From NCBI GenBank assembly GCA_902500205.1, contig GCA_902500205.1_4868.1: 64,000 nt of DNA; one strand, given 5' to 3'. The notes under the pieces are model-generated. The model saw only the letters and a list, made by a program, of their open reading frames with translations. It did no database searches and was not told the DNA's origin. This stretch comes from Escherichia coli (GTDB lineage Bacteria; Pseudomonadota; Gammaproteobacteria; Enterobacterales; Enterobacteriaceae). Every line of letters starts with the position of its first letter. Position 1 is the first letter of the stretch. Made by a program: the position numbers and the translations under genes. Below, one piece after another: positions 47,262 through 56,712 of this stretch.

Positions 47262-47900
47262 ATGCAATTACAATTTCGTCAACGGTCTGTACTACTACCG
47301 TTTAGCGCTATATTAGGTTCGTTTACCAAAATGCTGTCTGTGGATTTTACTGCAGCTGAGAAAGAAGCGCTGTTATTGGCGGCAGTCGAAGAAGTATTGT
47401 GGGAGGCATTTTACGTAGTGCCGTTTCGTAGCTGCTTAAACGCCCCGTATGTTGAAGGGCAGTTTGTCAGCGCGCTTTCCGCCGCGATTACCAAACGTAA
47501 ACTAAATGCCATGGCGCATGTCAAAGAGATCACCGCGCAACGAGGACGGATATTCGCTGCCGTCAGAAATGTGTTAATTAAAGAAGGGTTTCTTGCAGAC
47601 TCGCTAGGTCCCGAGGTTCCTTGGGAGCCGGGTCATCCACCGCGTCAGTTCGACCACGGGTACAAGTTAAGTATAATTATGCCACGCGGTAAGCGTGACG
47701 TCTCATTGGGGAAATGGTTACAGATAAGCTGGGTTCGCCCTACTATCGATTGGCAAGAAATGTCGGTCAATCGCTATCTGGAACACCTGGCAAAAACACC
47801 GGCACAGTTTCACCGTTCAACAATCCTGCCGCTACACATGCTGTTAAAACCGTCCCTGTCATTGGCAGAAGCCATATACCTGCTTAGTGGAGAGAAGTGA
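47262..47900 (+). CDS. Hypothetical protein
   Basis: 212-aa ORF. Confidence 0.5.
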   Translation: MQLQFRQRSVLLPFSAILGSFTKMLSVDFTAAEKEALLLAAVEEVLWEAFYVVPFRSCLNAPYVEGQFVSALSAAITKRKLNAMAHVKEITAQRGRIFAAVRNVLIKEGFLADSLGPEVPWEPGHPPRQFDHGYKLSIIMPRGKRDVSLGKWLQISWVRPTIDWQEMSVNRYLEHLAKTPAQFHRSTILPLHMLLKPSLSLAEAIYLLSGEK

Positions 47901-48382
47901 TGCTTGTTATTAATGTGGTCGAGGATAAGATTCCCGCGAATGTTTATCCTGAACTGGTTGAATGGGTACGCGACTTAAACAGTATTCGCGAGGAGCCTAT
48001 TAAACTCACGATGTTTGTTGAGGATGATATCGTACGGGGAATCATGGCATGGGAACCTGGCCATTTGGTCTATATGGTTGTGCCCGAGGAATCGCGACGA
48101 GGCGGTGTCGGTAGATTTATGCTTAAGTATCTTCAGCAGAACTCCGATCGTAAACATGTCAGCTGTCGTGTTCACCCGACCAACATTCCCGCGCTGGGAT
48201 TCTTTCACCAACAAGGCTTCCAGATTGACCGATGGTATATTGCTGCTGACGGCCAACGGTATTTTCGTATGACGAACTACAATGTTATTTCGTCACACAC
48301 GCCACCGGAGGAAAAGCTTTTAACTCATTACGCTGAAAGCGTTCCCATTTTTCTCTCGATGGCAGAAGGTCATTTCGTCTAA
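47897..48382 (+). CDS. GNAT-family N-acetyltransferase
   Basis: Motif VVPEESRRGGVGRFMLKYL (acetyl-CoA binding R-x-x-G-x-G/A type); ATG at 47900 likely true start. Confidence 0.55.
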   Translation: MMLVINVVEDKIPANVYPELVEWVRDLNSIREEPIKLTMFVEDDIVRGIMAWEPGHLVYMVVPEESRRGGVGRFMLKYLQQNSDRKHVSCRVHPTNIPALGFFHQQGFQIDRWYIAADGQRYFRMTNYNVISSHTPPEEKLLTHYAESVPIFLSMAEGHFV

Positions 48383-48399
48383 ACGAGCGAGAGTGTATA

Positions 48400-48876
48400 A
48401 TGATACGTGTTGCTTACGAAACACGAGATACGGATGGAACCCGTATAAACGTCATCCGCCGTGTGGAGCTTGTTCCTCAGCATGAATTGAATATTGCAGA
48501 CAGTTCGCTTAGGGGCACTCCTGTTAAGATTCTGAATCTTACGAGACGTTCTTTTCATCACAGTAAGACTTCACCAGCAATACGGTCCAGTAAAAGAAAA
48601 AGTTATGCCGATTTAAAACATCGGTTGTCCCGGCATTTTCGTCGGAGTGCCTGGAAGGCTTTAGTTGAGATTTTGGTTGACGAGCACCTTATCCAGAGGT
48701 TGGAGTGGGAAGAAGTTCTCAAGGAAGCGGGCTATCCAACAAAACCTTTCTCTTATCACTGGCATCACTTCAAAAAACAGTTCCATGATGCCTTACAGGT
48801 ATCGCCAAACACTCGCAACATGATTCACCGTTTGGAGAAAATGGACTGGCTTCTACCCTATCTGGAAGAGGACTAG
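48400..48876 (+). CDS. Hypothetical protein
   Basis: 158-aa ORF. Confidence 0.5.
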   Translation: MIRVAYETRDTDGTRINVIRRVELVPQHELNIADSSLRGTPVKILNLTRRSFHHSKTSPAIRSSKRKSYADLKHRLSRHFRRSAWKALVEILVDEHLIQRLEWEEVLKEAGYPTKPFSYHWHHFKKQFHDALQVSPNTRNMIHRLEKMDWLLPYLEED

Positions 48877-48878
48877 AT

Positions 48879-49268
48879 ATGATGCGTGCTGTATTAGCTG
48901 TGTTTATAATTTGCGTTACTACGTCAGTATACGCGTTTACTGTTCAGGACTTCCCGCAATACAAACCAATGTGGGAAACTGACGCACCTGTGAAATTCAG
49001 CGACAAAGATGAACCAGTCGTGACAGTGGAGAAGGGTGAGTTTGCCGTGGTCAACTACGGGCGTTCTGAACTGTGTCCGGGCGGTGGCTTTTATCTCGTT
49101 AACACAAAGCGCAAGACGTACCAGCCAATAGATGCCGGTACGTGTTCGTCGAAAGTTAAAGCGACAATTGCCCCGACAGTACGAAGACATCGCAGCGTTA
49201 ATACCCACCAGTTAACTTTTTGGGTAGGTAAAGAAATTTCCGCGCGGTATCCTTTGTACGATTATTAA
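48879..49268 (+). CDS. Secreted/periplasmic protein (N-terminal signal peptide)
   Basis: MMRAVLAVFIICVTTSVYAFTVQ. Confidence 0.5.
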   Translation: MMRAVLAVFIICVTTSVYAFTVQDFPQYKPMWETDAPVKFSDKDEPVVTVEKGEFAVVNYGRSELCPGGGFYLVNTKRKTYQPIDAGTCSSKVKATIAPTVRRHRSVNTHQLTFWVGKEISARYPLYDY

Positions 49269-49276
49269 ACACAGCG

Positions 49277-49314
49277 TATAGGGGCTTCGGCCCCTATACT
49301 GTTTATTATTTTCC
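49277..49314 (+). terminator. Rho-independent terminator
   Basis: Hairpin tatagggggc-TTCG-gcccctata (same core as terminator at 67) plus T-rich tail. Confidence 0.7.
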
Positions 49315-49359
49315 TGTGAAGTATTATGACCCCCCTTAATCAAATACCAGGAGCGAGGC

Positions 49360-49977
49360 ATGTCTTTTGTTATTGACTTTAACCACCATCATAGTCAAAC
49401 CTTGCTCGATTTAGTCAATGCTTTTAATGCTGAAACCGTTTATACGCCCCTGACCACAGAACGTATCCGAGTGGAGAGTTATGGTCCACCGGAACCGGAC
49501 GGTCGTGTAAGTGCTTTGCTGACTAATAAGAGTAAGCCTGATGACTATGTGGTTGTACGCTACCGCAAATTGAGCCTCAATGATATAATCACGTTGAAGC
49601 CTGAACATCTCACGTGGTTTGATTTGTCGAAAGGTAAACCGGCCGATTTGCGTGTATGGTCCGAAGCCGCGATGGCCAGTTTTGAATCAGCCTGTGCAGA
49701 ACGTGGTATCATCGTAAGTAAGGCGTGGGAAAACCCTGCGCAATGCCACGTAGAGTACGACATCCTGACCGATCGATACATCCTCGTCTATGAATGTGAA
49801 TCGTTTGTTTACGAATCACGCACACGTATTACGCTACCGTACCATATCGGCCAAGACTTAACCAAGACAACGCTGCCTGGTCTGGAATACGACTTGGCTG
49901 GTTTCTGGGGGCGTAAGCTGTTAGAAGAAGTGACTATCACGAAGCTTAACGGTTTTCGTTATCGTGTGTTTGTTTAA
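49360..49977 (+). CDS. Hypothetical protein
   Basis: AGGAG RBS; 205 aa. Confidence 0.55.
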   Translation: MSFVIDFNHHHSQTLLDLVNAFNAETVYTPLTTERIRVESYGPPEPDGRVSALLTNKSKPDDYVVVRYRKLSLNDIITLKPEHLTWFDLSKGKPADLRVWSEAAMASFESACAERGIIVSKAWENPAQCHVEYDILTDRYILVYECESFVYESRTRITLPYHIGQDLTKTTLPGLEYDLAGFWGRKLLEEVTITKLNGFRYRVFV

Positions 49978-49981
49978 GACA

Positions 49982-50023
49982 CTACCCTCGCCCGTTTAGC
50001 GAGGGTAGGTATTTATTTTTTTC
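49982..50023 (+). terminator. Rho-independent terminator
   Basis: Hairpin ctaccctcgc-ccgttta-gcgagggtag plus T-run. Confidence 0.75.
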
Positions 50024-50058
50024 TTACGAATCGTCCACTCCGTATAGGAGGTAAGTCC

Positions 50059-50658
50059 ATGAAAAAGATTTATAAAATTGCGGTAATCGGTTCTCGGAAG
50101 ACTGATGAAGATACCATGTCTGAAATGTACATGCGATTGTTACGTGGGTTTAATGCGCTGCACGCCAAAGATTACACGATTCATTTTTCCTCTGGCGGCT
50201 GCTGGTGTGGTCCAGACCAATTGCAATTCCGATTTGCCCGACAGTGGGCGAATACAATCGACCAAGATACCGGCAAGAAAGTGGTGTGGGATGATGAGTT
50301 CATTTGTTACCTACCCGATGAGAAAAAGCTCTGGCTCAGGAAACAGAATCCCAACGTAGAGTTCCGTGTAATCCCTCAGGATGACCGCTATCGTGAGATA
50401 GTAGGTAAGCTTCATCCCGCGCCAGAAAAGCTCCAGGAGTTCGCCTGGGCGCTTCACGGGCGTAATCTGAATATAATTATGGGCGATGATTTAGCAACGC
50501 CTGTAGACGCAGTCTATTACTCTGCGCCTTTAGATAAACAAGGTAATCCGACCGGCGGTACTGCAATGGGCGTGAAATACGCTAAGCAGTGTGGTATTCC
50601 TTGTTACCACCATGCGCTTGAAGGACATCTGTGGCTTGAGAGCTTGTGCTTATTATGA
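50059..50658 (+). CDS. Hypothetical protein, possibly Rossmann-like (DprA/LOG-type SLOG) nucleotide-binding fold
   Basis: AGGAGG RBS; N-terminus KIAVIGSRK...FSSGG. Confidence 0.3.
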   Translation: MKKIYKIAVIGSRKTDEDTMSEMYMRLLRGFNALHAKDYTIHFSSGGCWCGPDQLQFRFARQWANTIDQDTGKKVVWDDEFICYLPDEKKLWLRKQNPNVEFRVIPQDDRYREIVGKLHPAPEKLQEFAWALHGRNLNIIMGDDLATPVDAVYYSAPLDKQGNPTGGTAMGVKYAKQCGIPCYHHALEGHLWLESLCLL

Positions 50659-50688
50659 CCACGTTGCCTTTAATCAGAGGTCGCTATT

Positions 50689-50961
50689 ATGCAAACTACC
50701 AGTTTAGCTCGTCGTTTGTGGGAAGCGTTCTTCCCTACGCCGTCAAAACCCATTAAGAAGGTGACTAGCCTTCGCTTGTTCCCAGGCACTGAAGATGAGT
50801 TCTTCGATTACCTGGAACGTCACGGTTTTGATTCGAAAGTCGCACCACAAGAAAATGACCCAATTCAGACAGTTTACACCACGCCGGATACGGGAGAGAT
50901 ATTTGCCTTGTGTGTTCGATGGCCACATCGCAACTACTACTATACTTTGACGCAGATGTAA
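50689..50961 (+). CDS. Hypothetical protein
   Basis: AGAGG RBS; 90 aa. Confidence 0.45.
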   Translation: MQTTSLARRLWEAFFPTPSKPIKKVTSLRLFPGTEDEFFDYLERHGFDSKVAPQENDPIQTVYTTPDTGEIFALCVRWPHRNYYYTLTQM

Positions 50962-50971
50962 GGAGCAGGGG

Positions 50972-52105
50972 ATGTCGACGCTCGATTTAGATTTAGAAGT
51001 CCTGACTGACGACTACGATCGCCTGGTCGCACTCGAAGGTCTGGGAGTTAAGCCCGACTTCCCTGCGGTTTGCGCGATTCGTCAGCGTTGGTGCTTAACC
51101 GACGACGGTGAAGATATGTTGGTTGCTCGTGAATCGCGCGAAGCGATGGAGCGTGCTCAGTTTATGACTGATACTGACCCGCGGGCTGGCATCCATCGCG
51201 CAGCAGGGCGCATTACTGCGAAAGCTGTTAAAGGTACTGGAAAGTTAGTGGGAGCTGGACTAGGCGCAACCGCAAAGGGCGCGGGTAAACTTTCGAAAAA
51301 GCTCGCATTACGCTTTTACGATTTCGCGGAAGCGCTAGCGAAAGAACAAGCCGACCGTTTGAAAGAAATAACTTCGAAAGCCGCATTCATGGAACGTAAG
51401 CTCAATAAGCTCAAAGCACGAATGTCGTTATTGGATGACCACAAAACACTCGCTGCGGTCGACGTTCACACGAGTAGCTGGACGTCTAAAGTTTGCTTTG
51501 AAGATCGACCCGATTTTGAAGCGTGTGTTAAGTTTTCTAAACGAACAAATGCGTACGAAGGCGTCGTGCAAAAGTACACGGTTTACACACGCACCGCTCT
51601 GAAGAAAAGCAAAGCATTCGAAGGGCCAGGCTTAAAACAAATCAGCAAGTCCACGAACTGGGCAGTTAAGCGCGCTGCTGGGTTGCTTGGCATCATCGAT
51701 CCCTTTAAAAAGGTGGAAGCTTTTCCTGTCCCTGGAAATATCGTTGTGGTTGAGCACCATAGTGGTAAGGTCAGTTGGGCAATTGCGCGTGACGGTGAGT
51801 ATGGTGAAACCATTAAATCGCTGGATATGCATCAGTGTGGGAAAGCAATAGAGGCTGTGGAAGCACTTATCAAATCTATTGCAGCACGCGGAACAAAGAA
51901 CCGCGTTGTGGGTTACACCGGCATTTACGAAGAAGTGGAAGCGATGAAGTCCGAGCTTAAGAACCTGGAAGGGGATGAGCTGAAAGAAGCCACTTTGCGC
52001 TACCGCAATGCAATGGCAATGGAAGACGCATTCACCACGGCGTTGGTACGCGTGGCGGAGGGTCTAATGGAGTGGACGAAGCAATCGTTGGCTGAGGTGA
52101 AATGA
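50972..52105 (+). CDS. Hypothetical protein
   Basis: 377-aa ORF with GGAG RBS. Confidence 0.55.
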   Translation: MSTLDLDLEVLTDDYDRLVALEGLGVKPDFPAVCAIRQRWCLTDDGEDMLVARESREAMERAQFMTDTDPRAGIHRAAGRITAKAVKGTGKLVGAGLGATAKGAGKLSKKLALRFYDFAEALAKEQADRLKEITSKAAFMERKLNKLKARMSLLDDHKTLAAVDVHTSSWTSKVCFEDRPDFEACVKFSKRTNAYEGVVQKYTVYTRTALKKSKAFEGPGLKQISKSTNWAVKRAAGLLGIIDPFKKVEAFPVPGNIVVVEHHSGKVSWAIARDGEYGETIKSLDMHQCGKAIEAVEALIKSIAARGTKNRVVGYTGIYEEVEAMKSELKNLEGDELKEATLRYRNAMAMEDAFTTALVRVAEGLMEWTKQSLAEVK

Positions 52106-52569
52106 TGAAAATTGTTTTTGTCACCAAGCCCAACTCTCCGTATGGAAAGAAATACTACGCGGACTTGTTAGGACTACACAACAAGTTATACGACGATCAG
52201 AAAATAAAACTTGCCGACTTAAACGGTCGTGAAGGGTTTAATCAAATCTTAAAACTGGAGGAGGTTTGGGGTGAAGGTACGCTGTGCGCTTGCGCCGTTG
52301 ATGACCGTGGTGTGGCTGTTGGTTTCATCACCTTCGGCTACACCAAAAAGGGACAACGTTTCCTCTGGGTATATAACTTTTTTGTAGATGAATCGGTTCG
52401 TTCACAAGGCGTTGGCCATGAACTAATCGAAGCCGTAGAAAACTACGGCAAATCAAAAGGCTGCGCATGGATGCAGCTTAACGTGCTCGGTAATAATGAC
52501 CGTGCTATTGCGTTTTATGAACGTTTCGGTTTTCGAACTGAATACCAGGATATGGTAAAGGAGCTTTAA
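52102..52569 (+). CDS. GNAT-family N-acetyltransferase
   Basis: VRSQGVGHELIEAVENYGKSKGCAWMQLNV...AIAFYERFGF. Confidence 0.6.
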   Translation: MMKIVFVTKPNSPYGKKYYADLLGLHNKLYDDQKIKLADLNGREGFNQILKLEEVWGEGTLCACAVDDRGVAVGFITFGYTKKGQRFLWVYNFFVDESVRSQGVGHELIEAVENYGKSKGCAWMQLNVLGNNDRAIAFYERFGFRTEYQDMVKEL

Positions 52570-52570
52570 C

Positions 52571-53179
52571 ATGGTGGCTGTCCGCAGCGTGCCACATCAG
52601 ACTGGCTCGCGATATACTTTTTGTGTAAAGCGTTTTGGGGCAAGAAATCGCCCTGGTTGGAAGGTGGTACGTGCGATGGGACAGTTCTGGCAAATACCAC
52701 CCGGCACGTTAAAATATTTTTCAGTAGACAGAATAATCCGGTTCTTAAACGCGGCTGACCCAAGTCAACGCTCCAGTTTTATGGCAGGGATTGTTTGTCG
52801 TCCCGATGGGAAAACACGCGATGCAACCACTCGTGGAATCTACTGGACAGGACAGAATGCGTTTCAGGTTGGCTTACCTTGCCTGAAGTGTGAAGTGACA
52901 CCGTTTAATGGTCCCTACGCCGATGCGCACTTCACCGGTATCTTTGTGTCGTTCCCAGACGACCCGTCTTTAAACTACTTTTTATCAGTGGACAAAGACG
53001 TCAGTATTGATACCTTTTACAAATACTTGTTGTTTTACAGCCGGTATATCCGCGTGACTCCTGTGCATGAAGATTGGTATTATAAAAATCCCTTGAACTA
53101 TGGGAGGGACAGGAGACTAGAAGGATGTTCTATCGAGAGCTTCAACTCTGTACCGCAGCGCTCCATGGCGCTAATGTGA
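52571..53179 (+). CDS. Hypothetical protein
   Basis: 202-aa ORF. Confidence 0.5.
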   Translation: MVAVRSVPHQTGSRYTFCVKRFGARNRPGWKVVRAMGQFWQIPPGTLKYFSVDRIIRFLNAADPSQRSSFMAGIVCRPDGKTRDATTRGIYWTGQNAFQVGLPCLKCEVTPFNGPYADAHFTGIFVSFPDDPSLNYFLSVDKDVSIDTFYKYLLFYSRYIRVTPVHEDWYYKNPLNYGRDRRLEGCSIESFNSVPQRSMALM

Positions 53180-53496
53180 GCAAGAACGGGGACCTGGAAG
53201 ACGTCGCGCAAGCCTTACGGGTTGTGCCGGAGGTTGACCAGGTCGACATCGACGCTAAGTATTTAGGCGACGGCGTAAAGCGTATTCAGTTGACCGTGCG
53301 AGCCAAACATGGCAGCTGCTCGTTACATTTCCGAGTCAGTGCGGATTATTTCCTGGTACTGCGCTCCACATTCAGTCACGATGGTCGGACTCACCGGGTT
53401 CGGTGGATGCACGACATTACTAAATTTGGCTACCCGCTTGCAGAACAACGTAAAGTCGTCCATGACTTTATGGCTGCAGTCGTTGCGGGGTTTTAA
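53125..53496 (+). CDS. Hypothetical protein (55-nt out-of-frame overlap with previous gene)
   Basis: ATG 53125 preceded by GAAGG RBS. Confidence 0.4.
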   Translation: MFYRELQLCTAALHGANVSKNGDLEDVAQALRVVPEVDQVDIDAKYLGDGVKRIQLTVRAKHGSCSLHFRVSADYFLVLRSTFSHDGRTHRVRWMHDITKFGYPLAEQRKVVHDFMAAVVAGF

Positions 53497-53508
53497 GGGG
53501 AAACTGTG

Positions 53509-54105
53509 ATGTCTGAGATGATTCTCGATTCGCTGTTTTTGATTACGGTTGCAAACATCAATAAAAACGGCAATCTTCCAGAATACGTAGACATAAGTCG
53601 TCATGGCTTTAAGCGTCGCTATCAAATCGGTAAGGTGTTAGAAATTGCCTGTTTAGTAACGAACATGCGTAGACCGGTGGAAGGCTGTAGCGTTAAACAT
53701 GCACAGATGATACTCGGACGTGCTATTTCAGAAGTACGTCGTAAGCGTCGTCGTGCACCGTATCGCTTTTATCCTAACTCTACCAAACAGGTGGTGGGCG
53801 AGGGTGAAGGTGTGGTTGATTTGCGCGAGGCCAGTTGTAATGTAGGCGGTATTGCACGTGACTGGTTAATGAGCATTATCAGTAAGCATCCACGTACACC
53901 TACGCCGCAAGAAGGACAGGCGGTACTCGCACTTATGCGTAAGACCCATTTGGTGATTACTGATACACCAAACCAGGCAGCACGAATGCAGCACTATTTG
54001 GCATGTCGTGGCTTCACCACACTTGCAGTACCTTCTGAATACACAGCTGATATTAAACTTCCGCCAGTCCCAGAGTGGTCTGAACCGACAGTTGATCATC
54101 AGTGA
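53509..54105 (+). CDS. Hypothetical protein
   Basis: AAGGGGA RBS; track start GTG 53506. Confidence 0.5.
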   Translation: MSEMILDSLFLITVANINKNGNLPEYVDISRHGFKRRYQIGKVLEIACLVTNMRRPVEGCSVKHAQMILGRAISEVRRKRRRAPYRFYPNSTKQVVGEGEGVVDLREASCNVGGIARDWLMSIISKHPRTPTPQEGQAVLALMRKTHLVITDTPNQAARMQHYLACRGFTTLAVPSEYTADIKLPPVPEWSEPTVDHQ

Positions 54106-54110
54106 GTTAT

Positions 54111-54149
54111 ACCCACTCCTTCGGGAGTGGGTCGACTCTATTCTTTTTT
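54111..54149 (+). terminator. Rho-independent terminator
   Basis: Hairpin acccactcc-TTCG-ggagtgggt plus T-run. Confidence 0.75.
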
Positions 54150-54172
54150 GGATAGATGTTATCTTAGGGAGA
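54150..54172 (+). promoter_or_regulatory. Phage promoter-like element, class 2
   Basis: GGATAGATGTTATCTTAGGGAGA immediately after terminator. Confidence 0.5.
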
Positions 54173-54266
54173 CGTGCAAAAATTACGTTTCATCCTTAGC
54201 ATATGCTAGAAGCCGTTGTGAGTCGGTTAAAACTCACCAACTTAAACTTAAAAGCGAGTAAACAAA

Positions 54267-55031
54267 ATGTCAAAACTCAATAAAGCAGCAACCAAAGAAT
54301 GGCTTTCCGTACCTACCGCAGATGGTCAGTATCGCTACGTATTCACGTATGACGAAAATGACCTGACGGCAAAAGGTATTCCGCACATGTTAAGTCACAA
54401 ACTGATTAACAGCGTGACCGGTGCCACCTTAGTAGGTTCCGGCGGAAGGACAATCTTTTGTGCCCCCAGTTGGGATCAAACTGAACTGACCAAGAAAATG
54501 CTCGGTGAACTCCGGGCGGTTTCCGCACGTCTGTTCTTTAAGCTGATTGCCAGAAAACCGGCGCTATGGGATGCATGGTCTCAACACAATCTCGAGGCAT
54601 TGCGTGGGGAGTGTCTGAATTACGTATTGGTCGAAGAAGTGATTGATAACTTCTTCGCTAACGTGATGAAAACCGAACGACTGCGTAAGCCGAACACCGA
54701 CGGTTATTCGTTTGTCTCCGTTAAGAGCAGCGAACTGATTCGGGGTGAGTTTGCAGGGCATGTCCTTTCGGTAACTCGGAACCTGAGTTTCTTTGGCCAG
54801 CCTTTCAGTGAGCCAGTTGTTCAGGTAACTTATGATTTCCGTTTACCGTTTACTGTTCGGAATGAGTTTGACCCAGGTCAAGTTTCGTTGAAGTTTTTAT
54901 ATCCTCTCCAGTCATGGCCGTTATTGAAGAGGTTCTTAGCTGAGCCCCGTGTAGCTGCGGTGCTGCAAGCGTGGATTGATTCATGGCCAGAAGGCATTGA
55001 GGAAAAATCGAAAACGCGAGTTGACTTCTAA
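54267..55031 (+). CDS. Hypothetical protein
   Basis: 254-aa ORF. Confidence 0.55.
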   Translation: MSKLNKAATKEWLSVPTADGQYRYVFTYDENDLTAKGIPHMLSHKLINSVTGATLVGSGGRTIFCAPSWDQTELTKKMLGELRAVSARLFFKLIARKPALWDAWSQHNLEALRGECLNYVLVEEVIDNFFANVMKTERLRKPNTDGYSFVSVKSSELIRGEFAGHVLSVTRNLSFFGQPFSEPVVQVTYDFRLPFTVRNEFDPGQVSLKFLYPLQSWPLLKRFLAEPRVAAVLQAWIDSWPEGIEEKSKTRVDF

Positions 55032-55037
55032 GTAAGC

Positions 55038-55073
55038 TAGGCACTCTTCGGAGTGCCTATTATTTTTTTTTTC
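55038..55073 (+). terminator. Rho-independent terminator
   Basis: Hairpin taggcactc-TTCG-gagtgccta plus T-run. Confidence 0.75.
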
Positions 55074-55103
55074 TTTACGTATGCTCGCTATATTGTGACA
55101 CCA
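55074..55103 (+). promoter_or_regulatory. Promoter-like element, class 3 (TTTACG-N14-TTGTGACA)
   Basis: tttacgtatgctcgctatattgtgacacca; near-identical architecture at 57408. Confidence 0.4.
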
Positions 55104-55136
55104 CTACAATTAATTAAACTTTTGGGGAAGAATAAA

Positions 55137-55760
55137 ATGTTAAACTCAGTGGCGCTGGATGGTCCAGATTTTTCTGGCAAATCAACACTCGCGAAAATGA
55201 TTCAAGCGATGTTGCGCTCCGCTGGCGTTAATGTCATCATCGTCAATCACCCGACGAATACCACTGAAGCCGGTATTAGTGCACGCTCTCTGGTTATCCA
55301 GCACGCTTCTAACGAACGCATTGCTAAAGCGATGTGTCTGGATTTCCAATACACGATGGATTTCGTTGTACCAGAGCACGATGTCGTTATTTTTGACCGT
55401 TTTTGTCAATCGACTATTGTCTACCAGGGCGTCGATGGTAAAGGGGAAGTTTTCCGTTCGCGGGTATTAGACCACATTAACGCACCAAAGCTTTACGTGG
55501 CAACCGATGTATCTTACGAAACCGCCACAGAACGCTTTAAGAAGCGCGTAGAGGCCCAGGGCAAGAACTGGGATGATGAGGTACTGACAGCGAAGTATCT
55601 GCGCTCACAGACTGATTGGGACGCGTTACGCGACCACTACCGTTTTGCTTTCCACATCACCACAGATGGCGGCGATAAGTTCCCGCTGATGCGTGTTACG
55701 GCTGACGACGATATAGCGTTACAAGCCGCGCGTATCGTTGAACGTATTCTGGCAGGTTAG
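55137..55760 (+). CDS. tmk: Thymidylate (dNMP) kinase
   Basis: P-loop LDGPDFSGKSTLAKM at N-terminus; track ORF 55053 (GTG inside terminator) trimmed to ATG 55137. Confidence 0.6.
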   Translation: MLNSVALDGPDFSGKSTLAKMIQAMLRSAGVNVIIVNHPTNTTEAGISARSLVIQHASNERIAKAMCLDFQYTMDFVVPEHDVVIFDRFCQSTIVYQGVDGKGEVFRSRVLDHINAPKLYVATDVSYETATERFKKRVEAQGKNWDDEVLTAKYLRSQTDWDALRDHYRFAFHITTDGGDKFPLMRVTADDDIALQAARIVERILAG

Positions 55761-55766
55761 TTGTAC

Positions 55767-55803
55767 CCCTCTTACCTTCGGGTAAGAGGGTATTGTCTTT
55801 TTT
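55767..55803 (+). terminator. Rho-independent terminator
   Basis: Hairpin ccctcttacc-TTCG-ggtaagaggg (same stem as 28966) plus T-run. Confidence 0.75.
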
Positions 55804-55846
55804 ACAGATCGTAACAGTCTTATGCTTTTTGCTTCCAGTCCACTAA

Positions 55847-55872
55847 ATTTCAGATATATATTACTTAGGTGA
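55847..55872 (+). promoter_or_regulatory. Phage promoter-like element, class 1
   Basis: ATTTCAGATATATATTACTTAGGTGA; downstream leader AATCGACTATTAATCTAAAGGAGTATT shared with 27078 copy. Confidence 0.55.
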
Positions 55873-55922
55873 GAGTTACTACTAAACTCTCTAATCGACT
55901 ATTAATCTAAAGGAGTATTCTA

Positions 55923-56288
55923 ATGCGTTTTAAACATCAAACCGTTGTGTTGGCAAAGAAAGCATTTCTGGTTCGTCTCTCTTACATTATTACTCGTGTC
56001 ACTGCGAAGGATGTTACGCAGAAAGACATTGCATTGTTGGTAGGCTGCTCACCGTCACAAATCTCTGCGATTAAAAATGAACGCGAGAAAGCCGTGACTA
56101 TCGAAACTCTGATGCGTGTTGCCGATACACTGCGCCTGAATTACGAAATCGTTTACCGTTCCATTAACGGCAAATGCCGCCATAGCTTCAAAATTGAATC
56201 CTGCACCGACTACATGAATAACTGTCCTATCCGGGTACGAGAAACAGGACTTAAAGTCATGGCACGTAAACCTTCTGCAGTGATGTAG
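55923..56288 (+). CDS. XRE-family helix-turn-helix transcriptional regulator
   Basis: HTH signature TQKDIALLVGCSPSQISAIKNER; first gene after promoter-like element. Confidence 0.5.
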   Translation: MRFKHQTVVLAKKAFLVRLSYIITRVTAKDVTQKDIALLVGCSPSQISAIKNEREKAVTIETLMRVADTLRLNYEIVYRSINGKCRHSFKIESCTDYMNNCPIRVRETGLKVMARKPSAVM

Positions 56289-56299
56289 GGAGCAAACGT

Positions 56300-56686
56300 A
56301 TGAATTGGTTTGTAAATGGTATCACCCGTCGCGTGATGACGGAAGAGGATGATCGATGTAAACATCTTAAAGTGGGCTCTATAGCCCCGCGCTATACGGC
56401 AGAGTGCGACCCATGGGGCCGCGAAACGTACTACATGTGCGAGAACTGCTGGGAAAAGCTGCAGGCTGAAATTGCAGCTGAAGAAGTGGTCTGCGACGAT
56501 TGCAAAGGTACCTTCCCGAAACGAGATACCGTTGAATGGAAATGGTACGACTTTGACCCCAGTCAAGGGGATAAAGAACTTTGTATCTGTAATAACTGCG
56601 TGTCTTTACCGACACATTTAAACCGTGTAGAGAATGACCGTCGGGCATTTGAACACGACTTTCCAGAAGCAGCTTTCTGGGATTAA
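56300..56686 (+). CDS. Cys-rich zinc-ribbon protein
   Basis: CKHLK...CENCWEK...CDDCKG...CICNNC. Confidence 0.45.
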   Translation: MNWFVNGITRRVMTEEDDRCKHLKVGSIAPRYTAECDPWGRETYYMCENCWEKLQAEIAAEEVVCDDCKGTFPKRDTVEWKWYDFDPSQGDKELCICNNCVSLPTHLNRVENDRRAFEHDFPEAAFWD

Positions 56687-56712
56687 CTAGTGTAAACCTT
56701 AAGGAGTATACC

